A DNA stretch of 57,289 bases, filler included, from Syncephalis fuscata S228 (Eukaryota > Fungi > Zoopagomycota), in NCBI GenBank assembly GCA_025786725.1. It is 3 parts of 3 records of this genome, joined end to end, with 100 filler letters (N's around TTAATTAATTAA, not from the genome) between each part and the next. Parts side by side here need not be neighbours in the genome. Positions count along the whole stretch, not along the records: positions 34,584 to 57,289 come from JAHLTZ010000141.1; 2 more parts are not named here. One strand, written 5' to 3'. Positions 38,685 to 50,885 of this stretch are shown piece after piece. Below the pieces are notes generated by a model. It had not been told where the DNA came from, searched no databases, and saw only the letters and a list, made by a program, of their open reading frames with translations. Both the position numbers and the translations under genes were made by a program. Positions within the stretch are counted from its first letter, which is position 1. Each line of letters opens with the position of its first letter.

Positions 38685-39278
38685 TCAAGCTTCATCAGCA
38701 GATGGAGAAGCTGGACCATCAGTTTTCTTGGCTTGTTTATGCTGCTTTCCTTTGCGATGATTTCTTCTGGGTCCTTTACGACCTTTAGACTTCTTAGTGT
38801 CCTTTTTAGTGGGCTTCTCAGGTTTAGCTTCGGTAGGATTTTTGGCAGGTTCATTGGAGTCAGCTTCGACAGGTTCCTTGGGATCAGTCTTGCCAGGCTT
38901 TTTGGAGTCCGTCTTGTTAGGCTTTTTAGACTCATCGTCGACAGGTTCTTTGGGCTCATCTTCGACAGGTTCTTTACTAGGCTTTTCAGGAGAAGAGGGC
39001 GGTGTAGTTGGAGCTGGAGCTGGAGCTGGATTCTTGTCGTCCTTAAACATGGCAAGGATCTTAGTTGTTAAGTCTTGGTCGTTACACTTGCACATCAAAT
39101 TGGCTTCAGTAAAGTCGTAGCAGCGGTTAAATTGGATGTTTGGACCAATTTTTAAGCAAGTTGATTGGCAAGTCTTTTTCCATTCTGGATGGAGGCATGG
39201 CACTACCGTATCGTCAGCGGATGCAGCGGCAGCGGCAAACGCTATGGTAATAAGAACAGCGACGATTGATGATTGCAT
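38685..39278 (-). CDS. Secreted defensin-like protein with Lys/Pro-rich linker; interrupted CBM19-like module continues to 38557
   Basis: N-terminal ~80 aa identical to 34995-35726. After the TGA the sequence still aligns with the CBM19-like domain. Confidence 0.85.
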   Translation of the reverse strand: MQSSIVAVLITIAFAAAAASADDTVVPCLHPEWKKTCQSTCLKIGPNIQFNRCYDFTEANLMCKCNDQDLTTKILAMFKDDKNPAPAPAPTTPPSSPEKPSKEPVEDEPKEPVDDESKKPNKTDSKKPGKTDPKEPVEADSNEPAKNPTEAKPEKPTKKDTKKSKGRKGPRRNHRKGKQHKQAKKTDGPASPSADEA

Positions 39279-40507
39279 GTTGGTATATGGAATGATATGG
39301 CTTGTGATATATCAAAATACTGGCCGGCAGAATTTTGTAAGCGTAATTTGGAGTTGCGTAGAAAGTAAGTAAATGATATGAAGATAAGTTGAACTTGTAG
39401 CATTTGCGAAGGCTATTTATTTGAAATAATTATGATAAAACAATGTGTTAGGAGCCCTCATAAGGTTTTGAATGGTACAAACTTGGCACATCAAACACAT
39501 CTACTTAAGATGATGGCCACAATATGCTAAGAGATTGCAAAAGCGGATTCAATTGGAAACGCGTATTTCGTGAACTAATCAGTGCTACGTTACATTTAGT
39601 TGAATTTAAAACAATAAAGGAGACCAATAGTATACATCATTAAAAAAGTCAGTAGACATACTGTTGCCACTATAATATTGTTTAGTTTATTTGATAAATT
39701 TAATGCCTCTTTGTTGATTGCAAATAAATGCACTGACAATATTAGTGCTAATGCATTTATACATGTACTATGTCTTTTCTTGAAAACTGAATAGTAAATC
39801 TCGCAGATCTTTGTTATGTCTTTTTAAAAAAGGCCTTATAAATACACATATATCCCCTGTTTCAGGTACAATACATGTCATGGGTGTGGACACGTCGTAT
39901 TCAAAACACAGTTTAATAAAGTTTTGCCAATGCTGTAACGTTTCTTATGGCTTAATTTGTACATATGAAAATATAATTTAAACTGGTGTAAAAGCTATGA
40001 TGAATAGCTGTTTATATCATAACTGTTTATTAACTAAAGCACTTTAGATTACCGGCTTTAATTAATGTTTGAGTTGTATAATACGCTGATATAAATACTA
40101 TTAGAAACAACACTTTATTACATTGATTTTGCAAATAAAAGTAGTATTTGGCAGTAGTATTAAATTCTAGCAATATCTCTCATTGAATTGCATCGTCAGC
40201 TGACAAATATCGCAACCACGGGAACTAACCCAGTGATGTCGAGGCTTTTGATAGGTAGATTGAACGTGTGATGCGTATGGAAATCCTCTTGCCTAAATTG
40301 ACGTTGATTTTTGCGTGATGAAAACACATGCGCGTGGTCACATGCATCAGCCTGCATGTTGATATATAAAAAATGATAAGAAGTATAATTGCCAAGATAT
40401 ACTTTGTAATTTGTTCGTTTGCTTATTTACTTGCTTATTCTGCCAACCACCGACGTATGCATATTTTATATAACTATTTGTTAGCTGTAAACATAATTGT
40501 TTTTTAA

Positions 40508-41023
40508 ATGGAACTAAACGCGACTAATGAAACGAGTGCAGATGAGCCTGACATTCAGCAAATCACTACTAATAACTTGAGCAACCAATGCGAAATATTT
40601 TGCAATCAATGGATAACAAAACCATTGAACAAGTTGTGGAAATGCGTTGTTACAATAGACGCGTGGTTCGATGGCGCACCATCAGTAGAGGAGCGTCGTT
40701 TACAAGAACGAGAACAACGTCAAGCAAAAGAGTTGATTTGGCGACGACAGAATCAGTACATAATAAATGCTCGTTCTATTGATTCGCTGGCTACAATTAT
40801 GGTCACCAGTGAAAAAGAAGAAGTAATAGCAAAAGCTACAAATCGACAGCCAGCAATAATGATACCGCAAGTACAACAACAGCATTCATGCACAATTGAC
40901 CAATTAACAGCTAATCATCTTTGTAATGATAGCTCGGTCCAACCATTGACTGAGCAGGAACAGCGCGAGTACATACAAACATGTGTCGATTTATCTGGAT
41001 TCCCTCCTTCGCTTTATTTATAG
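40508..41023 (+). CDS. Hypothetical protein (171 aa)
   Basis: Single-exon ORF with coding-like composition and a TATA-like gatatataaaa upstream; no recognised domain. Confidence 0.6.
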   Translation: MELNATNETSADEPDIQQITTNNLSNQCEIFCNQWITKPLNKLWKCVVTIDAWFDGAPSVEERRLQEREQRQAKELIWRRQNQYIINARSIDSLATIMVTSEKEEVIAKATNRQPAIMIPQVQQQHSCTIDQLTANHLCNDSSVQPLTEQEQREYIQTCVDLSGFPPSLYL

Positions 41024-41160
41024 CACAAATATCCATTTTTATAATATTATTTCTAAAAGTCTGCGGGCCCTGCTATATGACTATTAGATTAAATAAAATT
41101 ATTATTAACACTGTATTATATGCCATTGAAAATTATTATATGATTTGTCTCTTATAAATA

Positions 41161-41246
41161 ATAGTGCAAAATGTTACACTATACAATAACAGGCCCTCTA
41201 ACTTGTTATACAAAATAATGTTTATAGCAACAGCTACTAATTAAGT
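41161..41246 (+). repeat. Direct repeat, near-identical to window end 57204-57289
   Basis: 86 bp with one mismatch (atagtgc vs atagcgc). Confidence 0.92.
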
Positions 41247-41760
41247 CCAATGATCTCATAGCAAATGGTCTTTAGTAACATATAAATAGTTTTATTGCTA
41301 TTTCACCAATAGTATTAATAAATAGATAGTATAATTATGCTAATTATACAATTAGTCTATTGGCTTTATTATCAATTGCTTTATTATTTGGCATAGTATT
41401 TCCATGACTTATGTTCAACACTGTCGTTTTTAGTAAAAAATGACATTAATTACTAGATATTGGCTGCAATAATAGATGTTGTTTATTGTGTGCATAATAG
41501 TGTGTGCATAATATTTCAATGTGTTGCAAAATAGAAATATTATGTTCAAAAGTAGTACAATGGTTGCACACGACAATGGGATGCTGCCAGTCTTGCATGA
41601 CGTCTGCAGTGTCCTGAGCGCAATGTTCTTTGTCTCAACGCATGTTACGTTTTAAACTGTTGTGCTTTCTGCCTTCGTTTTCTTACTTTGTTTTTCGCTT
41701 TCGTTTGTGCTTTCGTTTTGTGTTTTGTTCTCAATATCCCTCTTGTCAATAACTTTACAA

Positions 41761-44314
41761 ATGGTCACCAAATCAATTAAGCCACCCTGTAAGTCAGCGT
41801 GTATCAACTATAGCATGATTTGTACAAATAGTTATTGATACCATTTAACTATTCGTATAGCCACTATCTCAGGCAAAACATGTTTGATTTGCTATGATTC
41901 CATTAAAATCTGTAATTTTAATGGAACAATTATAAAGAAAAAAAATGAAGCACCGACTGGCACAGTATTAGACTGCGGCCATGGATATTGTTTTGGCTGC
42001 TTTGTCAAACACTTACAATCACTTATTACAGCTGCTGTCTGTAAATTCCCAGTTAAATGTCCCTATCCTGATTGTGTACAGGTGATATCCGACGATATGG
42101 CAAAGCAGCTTCTTTCGCCCGCGGAATATCGTCGCTGGCACCAAAGAAAAGTCGAGAGCGATCCAAAGTGCATTGTAAGTGCATCGACCTTAATTCTGGC
42201 AACTAATAGTTAATTTGCCGTAAAGATGTTTTGCCCAAACAAACGATGCAGCCACACTATATGGACTGTAATTGACGGCAATCCGCAGCCTTCTCCAGCT
42301 AAATGTCCAGAGTGCAAGCTGATACTATGTCTGCGCTGCAAAACAGAGCATCACAAAGGTATGTCAATCTGCCACACTAAACAACTGTTTTAATAGTACA
42401 GTTGATAGGTATGAGCTGCGGTGAATATGCCAATCTTCCAAAAGCAGAAAAATATAAAGAAGACTGGGACACGTTAAAGCTTGCCGGCCCAAATCGATGG
42501 CGACACTGTCCGATATGTAACGCCTTAGTTGAGCGGAATACTGGCTGTAAGAAGATGACCTGCACTTGTACTGCTCAATTGTAAGAAGCTTGAAATACAT
42601 CTAAATTTAACTATTTCTAACATCAACCAATAGCTGCTTTGGTTGTGGCACAGTATGGACTAAGAAAAAAAACTCCAAAAGCTGCTGTGCACTTCAAAAT
42701 CATGATTTAGACCGTGGCATAATGGTTCAAGCATCCAATACTTCTAATGCTCAGACCAGCAGTGATAAACGTAAATTCAGTATTGCTGTTCTCGTGAGCG
42801 GTAGATTTCTTCAAGGCAGTAAGAACACTTGGTTCCGCACCATGGCACTTCAAAAACGATGTGGCTATTGTGATCAAAAATTTAAATCTTTGGATGCGTT
42901 GCATGCCCATTTGGAAGAAACTCGGAAACATACCACGTATATTTGTTGCGAGCAACTATTTTCAAGTTCAAGCACGTACAATGCACACGTAAAGACACAT
43001 GAAAAAGCCAAACCACCCACATCAACTGTAAATACTGCTCCTGCTTTAATTTCTGTAAATAGCACAGATCCAAAGGTGCCACTTCCGGCTACAAAGTCTA
43101 CAGCAAGCACCAGCAAAGAAGTAAAAACTTTAGCGCCATCTAAAAGCCCATCAGCTAAGAAACCAGCATTGGTCAATCGTAAAGAGGTAGCCAGCGTTGA
43201 TATTAAAGTGCTGTTGAATGATAAGGAGAGGAGTTTTAAAGATTCAGCTTGGCTGGCACTATCCGAAAAAGGAAAGTGCTGCCCATATTGCCAACGCAAA
43301 TTCAAGAATCCAGCAGCTCTGCATGAACATTTGATAAAATTTACCAAACATGAAGTATATATTTGCTGTAAATCGCTTTTTCCCAATGCTTCAGCATTGA
43401 AATTACATAAGGAATCTCATACATTAGCATCTAATCTACCGTCAAATAAACCTTCAACTCAACAAAAGACGCCATCAAACTCAGTTTGCACTCCTACACC
43501 ATCATCTATTTCAAAATCAGATATTGCTAAACCGAATTTGCCTAAACCAACATCATCTACTTCAAACAATGCTTTTACTAAGCAGCAAGTACCCACCAAT
43601 TCCAAGCCAGCTGCAATTGAAACTCATGTCTGTTGTGGACGCATTTTTAGCACATCAGCAGCAAAAAATGAACATATACAAAACTCGCGTCGTCATCAAT
43701 CAACATTAAAATAGGACTTACACATTCGCTCTGAGCCGCACAAAGCATCGTCATCTGCCTCAGCCAATACTTCTGTTAAGCAGCAAGTAGCTATTAGTTT
43801 TCATCCACATGTATCTGAAGTTTATTATTGTTGTGGACGCACTTTTAGCACATTGGAAGCAAAACGTGAACATATAAAAACATCATGTTATTATCAAACA
43901 CCATTAGAAAAAAAACCATGCCCTTATGAGCCGAGAACTATTAGATATGAATCTTACAAAGCATTGTCATACGCTTCAGCTAGTACTTCTGCTAAGCAAG
44001 CAATGTCTATTAATTCTCAGCCTGCCGCATCTAAAAACTTTTATTGTTGCGGGCTTGCTTTTAGTACATTAGCAGCAAAGCGGGAGCATATACGAAACTC
44101 TTATTATCATTCCATAATGAGTCAAGATCTATCTGCTCAAGAACAACAGATTTTAATGGATTTACTAAAATCCGATAATTTAGTAAATTCGCCGATGTTG
44201 CCACTGCCATCTTCTTCACCAAGAGCAACTAAATCTTGTTGCTCATGTGGAACGCGATTTTGTTTTTGGATCATTATTATTTTGGCTTCTATTTTTATTT
44301 GGATTAGAAAATAG
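41761..44314 (+). CDS. RBR (RING1-IBR-RING2) E3 ubiquitin ligase fused to a zinc-finger array and C-terminal TM; in-frame TAG at 43712-43714
   Basis: RING1 CLICYD..LDCGHGYCFGC..PVKCPYPDC, IBR FCPNKRC..KCPECKLILCLRCKTEHH, RING2 HCPICNALVERNTGCKKMTCTCTAQFCFGC. After intron 42581-42633 the frame is open into ORF 42722..43714, and ORF 43853..44314 is in the same frame. Confidence 0.8.
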
Positions 44315-44902
44315 CTATTATTGTTATAGTCTTAGTTTAAGGCATTCTTTTTTATCATATATGACACTTTAGTAAAGCTATAGTTAAATTTGTATGATAA
44401 ATACAACACTATTTTATAAGTATGCACAGAGCTGTACTTTATTGATGCAAATAACTGTCTATATAGTATTTGCTGATATCAATGGTTTAAATTAATTGGT
44501 TGTATGATTGCTGTCAAATGCTTGATAGAATTCAATATTGTGTAATATAACCAATTATAGGCTATTTGGAAATCAGGTGCTTTATAATTATACTATCATC
44601 TCCATTGCACTGATAATATATAATCAGTATATAATATTTGTAATAATCTTAAATAGCAAACTTATTACAATGCAAAGCAATTACATAAATATAATGTTAT
44701 TGTATGTCTTAGTGCACAACAGATATATTTTTACCTATATTATACTAGCATTAGACAATAACCATCTTATTTATTAGTAAAGCTATAAGCCATCGTGTAT
44801 ATTTCTAGTATCATGCTATGTAATTGTGCTAGTAGTTACATGTTTATTTTGTAAATTGTTTGTTTGTTAATATATTTAAAACTTGTTAATATATATATAT
44901 AT

Positions 44903-45552
44903 TTACAGCCATAGCCCAAGTAATAAAATGCTACCTATAGCACACAAGTACGTCCAGGTCGTATGGTTTCTTGAATATTTATGGCTTCCACCACTTTTGG
45001 AAACGCTAGCAATCCGCGCGTCGTGTTCAACAGCACCTTTAGGATAATCAGGATCGTCAGCGTCATCTTCACTCGACTTGATGTAATCGATCACATAGTC
45101 AACAGATGATGTGTTTGTTGTAGGATTAAACAGAAGTAAACACGGAATTTCGGTTGTATTAGTGCGGACAAATTTGTTATACGATCCAATACACTCAAAT
45201 CTTTTGCCCATGTGTTCCTTATAGATGCAATCTGTATAGTTATAGCGTAGTAGCGTTTTTTGATCTTTGTCTGAAAGTGTTTTGTTATAATAGGTTTGGA
45301 ATATTTTTTGCGGCAATATATAAGCCATAAGATTGCCACCATACGAAGTAATATATGTTTTTATGAATCCATAAGGCTGGTCCGCACACTGACCCCAGGT
45401 ATGATTTGTTTGAATTTTTACATTTGGTATATCAGTAGCCTATATACAGCAAATATACATTTAATACAGCTGATTCAAAAACTTCTATTTATACATACCA
45501 AAATTGCTGGGACTGCCCATATAACACATAATAAAATGCGGAATAAATTCAT
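44903..45552 (-). CDS. Secreted/cell-surface protein with hydrophobic C-terminus (GPI/TM anchor)
   Basis: Signal MNLFRILLCVIWAVPAIL, one intron, Cys-containing ectodomain, C-terminal WTYLCAIGSILLLGLWL. Confidence 0.7.
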
Positions 45553-45792
45553 ATTGCAATTAGTAATACTAAAATGCCGAATGCTAAGAAACAAATGAAA
45601 GAAGGATGATAAAATTCAATTGTTTGAACCTGTCATTAATAAAGTTACACGGCCTTTGCATTTTCATTGTTATTCTACTATTCATTTGCTAAACCTTTGC
45701 CGCTAAACCTTTGCCGTTCAATAATTACAAAACATTATAAACTGTGCAATTAAGACTATCATTATTATTATTTACAAATATTTATATTGCTG

Positions 45793-46446
45793 TTAATATA
45801 AAGACGCTGTAGTCAAATCGCTAATTGCCAACAATATACTGGTAAATAGTATAGATGCTAGTGCTCGTGACATCCCTATTGGTCCTAGCGTAGTAGGTGC
45901 CATATTTCTGGCCAATACATGTTCCTGTGACATTGCAGTACTAGTCATATTGCTGCAAGTGTAATTCAGTGAGACTACGGCCTGCAGAGTAGTAGAACGA
46001 TTGTCCAGTACTAAACAAGCGGGACTAAACTCATTAAGTAAAAGAGTTGGCCCAATAGTGCAATTGTATATAGCTATGCCAGGACCGCCGACACAAGAGG
46101 TAATGGGGTCATACTTGATATCTTTTATGACCTTGTCAGTAAACTCGGAGTATGTTTTGTTGGGTATTTCTATTCCTAGTTGACCGCACGGCAATGCGTA
46201 GACACCGTTCAGCATACCAAGTTCAAGATTAGTATATACCGAAATGGAACTACATGTAGTGCCTGTAGTAATAACATGCACAGATCCAGGCGGTATATAC
46301 TCTTTATTCGTCAGTACTCTTTGTTGGTATGATATCTATGACGCCATTAAGCCAGTTGATAAGCTGTGCAATAAGTATTAAGTAAACGAATCGCAGCTTA
46401 CCTGGACATTCAATAAACAAACAAACAGCAAACTTATCCAAAACAT
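45793..46446 (-). CDS. Secreted/cell-surface Cys-containing protein with hydrophobic C-terminus
   Basis: Signal exon MFWISLLFVCLLNVQ + intron; C-terminal ALASILFTSILLAISDLTTASLY. Confidence 0.7.
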
Positions 46447-47554
46447 GCTTAATAGCTATTCAACTTGAATTTAAATGCTTAAATATAGATGCTATAATGC
46501 AGATGCTAATAATGCAAATGATTCAAATGCAGATGTCAAAGTGTAGAATAATATAATATTCTTGATAAACAACGGCCTATCTGGCCTTTTGTATCTAAAG
46601 CGACTAAAAATAGTACGATTGTCCAAAATGCCTTGAATAAAGCATGGCACGGTAAATAATCATCCGCTCAATGTGGTAGTCAGGGACATGCATAGCTAAT
46701 AGACGCATGCCAATGTTATACTACCGTTATTATGGCTGCTTTCATTGTTATTGCAGCCACAGTAATAACAGCAACACTAGCAGTAGCAACAACAACAACA
46801 ACAATAGGCATAACAGCAATAGTATCGTTATGTCTACTACAGTCGTTGATATTATACATAGCCCCTACATTGTTACGATAGCGGCTGTTTTGCTTTATTC
46901 GTCTCCTTTTCATTATTCATCCTTTTAAAGCCAGGTTAATTATTCTAGACGCCGAGCACCTGCTTTTACAACACATCTAAAACGCGTAACCGTCGCTATC
47001 TATAGAGCAATATCTGTCCTAGAAGATTCGCCCCAACGGCACAACGGCACAACCATCCATTCCAAGGTTTGATGAGCGCCAAGGTGGCCATACACACCAC
47101 ACACACACAACTCAATATACTATCCTACTAATTCTCATGCATTATCCGCATGCTCTACACAGTCAAATAGGTAAGTGCTTCTAGATGGCCGTATGACAGC
47201 AGCAGCTAAACACGCGGGGCAAATATGGGAAGACGGCGTTCACTATTTTTGCCGCGTGACTTCTAGCTTGGATGCAAAGAAAGAGGCATGCTCAGTGTCT
47301 CACGCTCCACAGTCAATACTCCTTATTCACTTCTTTCTTTTTACTGTTTTCGGTGGTTTAGACGCTACGTTGTGTGGCATGTCCACCTGCTGTTTCATAA
47401 TTCCTTTTCATTAAATTCGTTTATTATCGTTCATTTTAGCAGTGCTAGAGAAACCACTCTAGACGCGCAATAATCAATGCCAACGCCACTACTTGTTACA
47501 TCACACTGACGCTATTTTACTTTATTAGTATAACTGCCATTGTCGTTCTACAAT

Positions 47555-49688
47555 ATGGCCAATGCCAAACTCAATCCACTTCATCTACGCCTAGGCGGCA
47601 CGCCGTTACCAAGGCCGCGCTTTCGCCTGCGTAGACAAACGTCAGAACCGTCGTTAAAAGAACGCAGTGCATTTGCCGCCATGGCGGGTCTGACGGCCAC
47701 CCTTACTGGCCGCAAAGAGGACGGGTCAACCATGATGTCCAAAGACATTCAAGGCGCTGGAGAACGAGCTGAGCTTACTAGGGAAAACCTTATATTACAT
47801 ACAAGCTTGGTAAATATCATATTCAGTTGAATACACTATGTACAATTACTAATCGTTCATGGATCATTCCTTTATTTAGCTACCACCAGTTAATCCAGAA
47901 ACTACGTTTGAGCGTTGCTTACGCTATGTACGCGATGTACACGAAAAGACACATAAGCATGGCCGAGGATCACCGGTCGACGCTGGCACTTCCCAGGGCG
48001 CGTCTGTTGTAGTCCATCGTTCAGACAATGAAAAGCGTGGAGGAGAGCATATAGACGGTGAAAGTAAAAGCAAATCTAAAGAGCTACAAAAACGACTCCG
48101 AAAATGGAAATCCAGTACTCGTAAAGAGAAGAAGGAAAAGAAGGAAAAGAAAAAGAAACGCAAGGAAAAGACGCTGTCACGATTGGTTATTCCTACAGAA
48201 GTACCATTGCCAGCTTCACCAATGGAACAATCACCTAAATCAATTAAGAATGATATTGATCAATACCATCAGCAACAAGAACAAGAACAAGAACAGCAAG
48301 AGCAGTCACAAAAGAAGAATGGAAATGAAGCGGAGGATACACTCACTCCTGTAACTCCGCCAAAATCACCACCTACTGCATCTCGACCTGGCTTAAACCG
48401 ACGACATACAGTAATGCCAAGTGCATCCTGGTCCCATGCTTCTTGGTCCCAATCGGCCTTCAGACAATGGAGTTCATTCTGGCAGGATCTAAAGGATGAG
48501 TTAAAAGATGCTGCTCATATAGGAGGTGCAGGTGCAGATGGATTTAAAAATATACGTCGTAAACATCATTCTGGCGATATGAAAAAGAAGTCTGATAAGG
48601 ATTATAGTCCTGATGGTATGGATACCAATAGGAGAAAGCCACCTACCCGTCGTTTATCAATTAATGTGCCTGTGGATAATAGTCGAGTATTAACACAGCA
48701 AACACTATTGCAAGGTAATGGCTTGAGTATGATAAGAGGATCGGCAAATGATGTGAATGACGCTGAAGATGACATAATGTCCAATCTATTGTCACCTCGT
48801 ACTACATTGGCGGTGTTTGGTGATATGCCACATAGTTCGCATATAGATAGCTCGCCTTCAGTTTCACGAGCACGTACACCTTTACCAAGACCAGATACAG
48901 CAATGCAGCAATCTCGTGAGCCATATGTATCACAGTCATCGTTTTCTTTTGGTTCAGCGAGTGACGCTATAAGTAGCTCGAGTAGTAGCAGCAGCAGTAG
49001 CAGCAGTAGTTCAGGTAGCTCTTCCAATGAGAACTCATCTGAACGTCGACGTCTTCATCCGCTTACTTCACTCTTCCGTGAAAGAAGCCGATCTCGGCAA
49101 CCAAGTCAAGAGGATGAAGACAAAGAAGATGAAGAAGTTGAGTATGATCCAACTAGAAACGAACTTGAAGTGCCTTACGCTACTAATACGGGTAAAGCTT
49201 CAAATCGTGCTTCTAAACAACGATTGCGTAATATGGCACGCAAGGTGGGTCATGTATTCCGTCGTGGTAAAAGCGGACAACGCCATGCTGCGCGCGATGA
49301 AGATGGTAGTCAAGGTGGCAGCGATGATAGTATTGAAGATGGTGGCAATGGCCAAGCAAGCGATCAAAGTGAAGGCCTACCGAATAGAGGCGATATAGGC
49401 GCTGAATTCACCGCTGCTATGGATGGTCTACAAATATCGAACATACCCGTATGTCGAGTAGATGGACCGAATGGCGAGCCAGTACTATCTTCGTCACCGG
49501 TAGCTGAAACACATAAGAAGAACTGGCTATATCAGCGTAGTGGTAGTAGCGGACTAATTGACCATCTACATACGCGCAGTGCCGACTACAAGACAAATTC
49601 AAAGCATCGACGGGACCTGTCTTGCGATCAACCGCCTACACAAGCCTCTTCAGTAAGCGGTGATCAGCTATGGGGTGTTAAAGTTTAG
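47555..49688 (+). CDS. Large low-complexity hypothetical protein (~690 aa)
   Basis: ORF 47540..47830 splices (intron ~47810-47879) into the frame of 48183..49688. Lys-rich NLS-like stretch and poly-Ser. Confidence 0.75.
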
Positions 49689-50334
49689 CATGTTTATCAT
49701 TCGTATTATTATTATTATTATTATGACCATTATATCTTATCATTTATCATTTGTTTCTATTATTTCAGCACATATCAGTTTCCTAAAGTTTTGTAAAGAG
49801 TTATTACTCATCCACAAATAAAAGGAATTATGATAATTTTCCTTTTTTAAATAAAATATAGAAAATATATGTCAATGGCTGGCTGATGTTTACTTTAATC
49901 CTCCCTGGAGCAGTAAATCTTTTTACGCAATCGATTGCAATGATTTAAATAGTTGACAAATTGATTGGATTAATTTGTGTTTAAATCATCATTCACAATA
50001 AACACTGTTGCTTATATACTGAATATAATGTTTAAAGTTTAACTGTCAATTGTAATATCATGTTTTATAATAATGACATTTGCTTATGCATTGATATCCA
50101 TCCCTCTTATTTTACTGTTGACATTATTCTATTAGTATACTTGTTTTTATGCAATTGATTTTCATTTTTTGTTTTATTCTACTATTTAAACAACTCTTCC
50201 ATTTGTATTTCAATTTGTTCATAGTCTTTTTATGTACAGTGTTATTCAATTTATGATTGTATATATTACATTATTTATTAATTAAATAAAGATAATAGTT
50301 TTATAGTAAACAATTTATTAGGCATTTAATGTGG

Positions 50335-50885
50335 TTTGTGCCAAATGACTATTTTTAATAACATTCGCGCAACTGAACTACACATTCGTTCTATTGAACA
50401 TGGGACAAGTGGTGAGTTTTATTTAATCATCCCATCATCACACTTATTGTTTGCTTGGTGGTCAAATGAGTACAATCAATAACATCCAATCTATTGAACA
50501 TGATAATGGGTGGTGAGCGACATCAGTCATCAAATACTCATCATTGTAGATTCATTATCCAGTATGCATATATCCTCTATTCACCTATGTCATTCCTATT
50601 CTATTTCATGATACTATATATTATTCTACGATATACTAAATACATTCTATTGTTTATGTGCTTCAATATACTCCACCTATTGTACCCATTGCGCTATACA
50701 CACTATACCTTCGACATCGTTTTATATACTTTCTTACCGTACATTTGTCATTCTATATACTATTCTATATTCATTAAGTCATTTTGTATCAAAAACTACA
50801 TTTATTTTTGTTCTAGCTTTATTATTTATAAATGTCAACTAATTCCGCTCATTGCTCATGCATATATGCTCAATAACTTGAACAT
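50335..50885 (+). repeat. Dispersed non-coding repeat, copy 2 (internal duplication of ctattgaacatg)
   Basis: Collinear similarity to 8630-9070. Confidence 0.8.
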
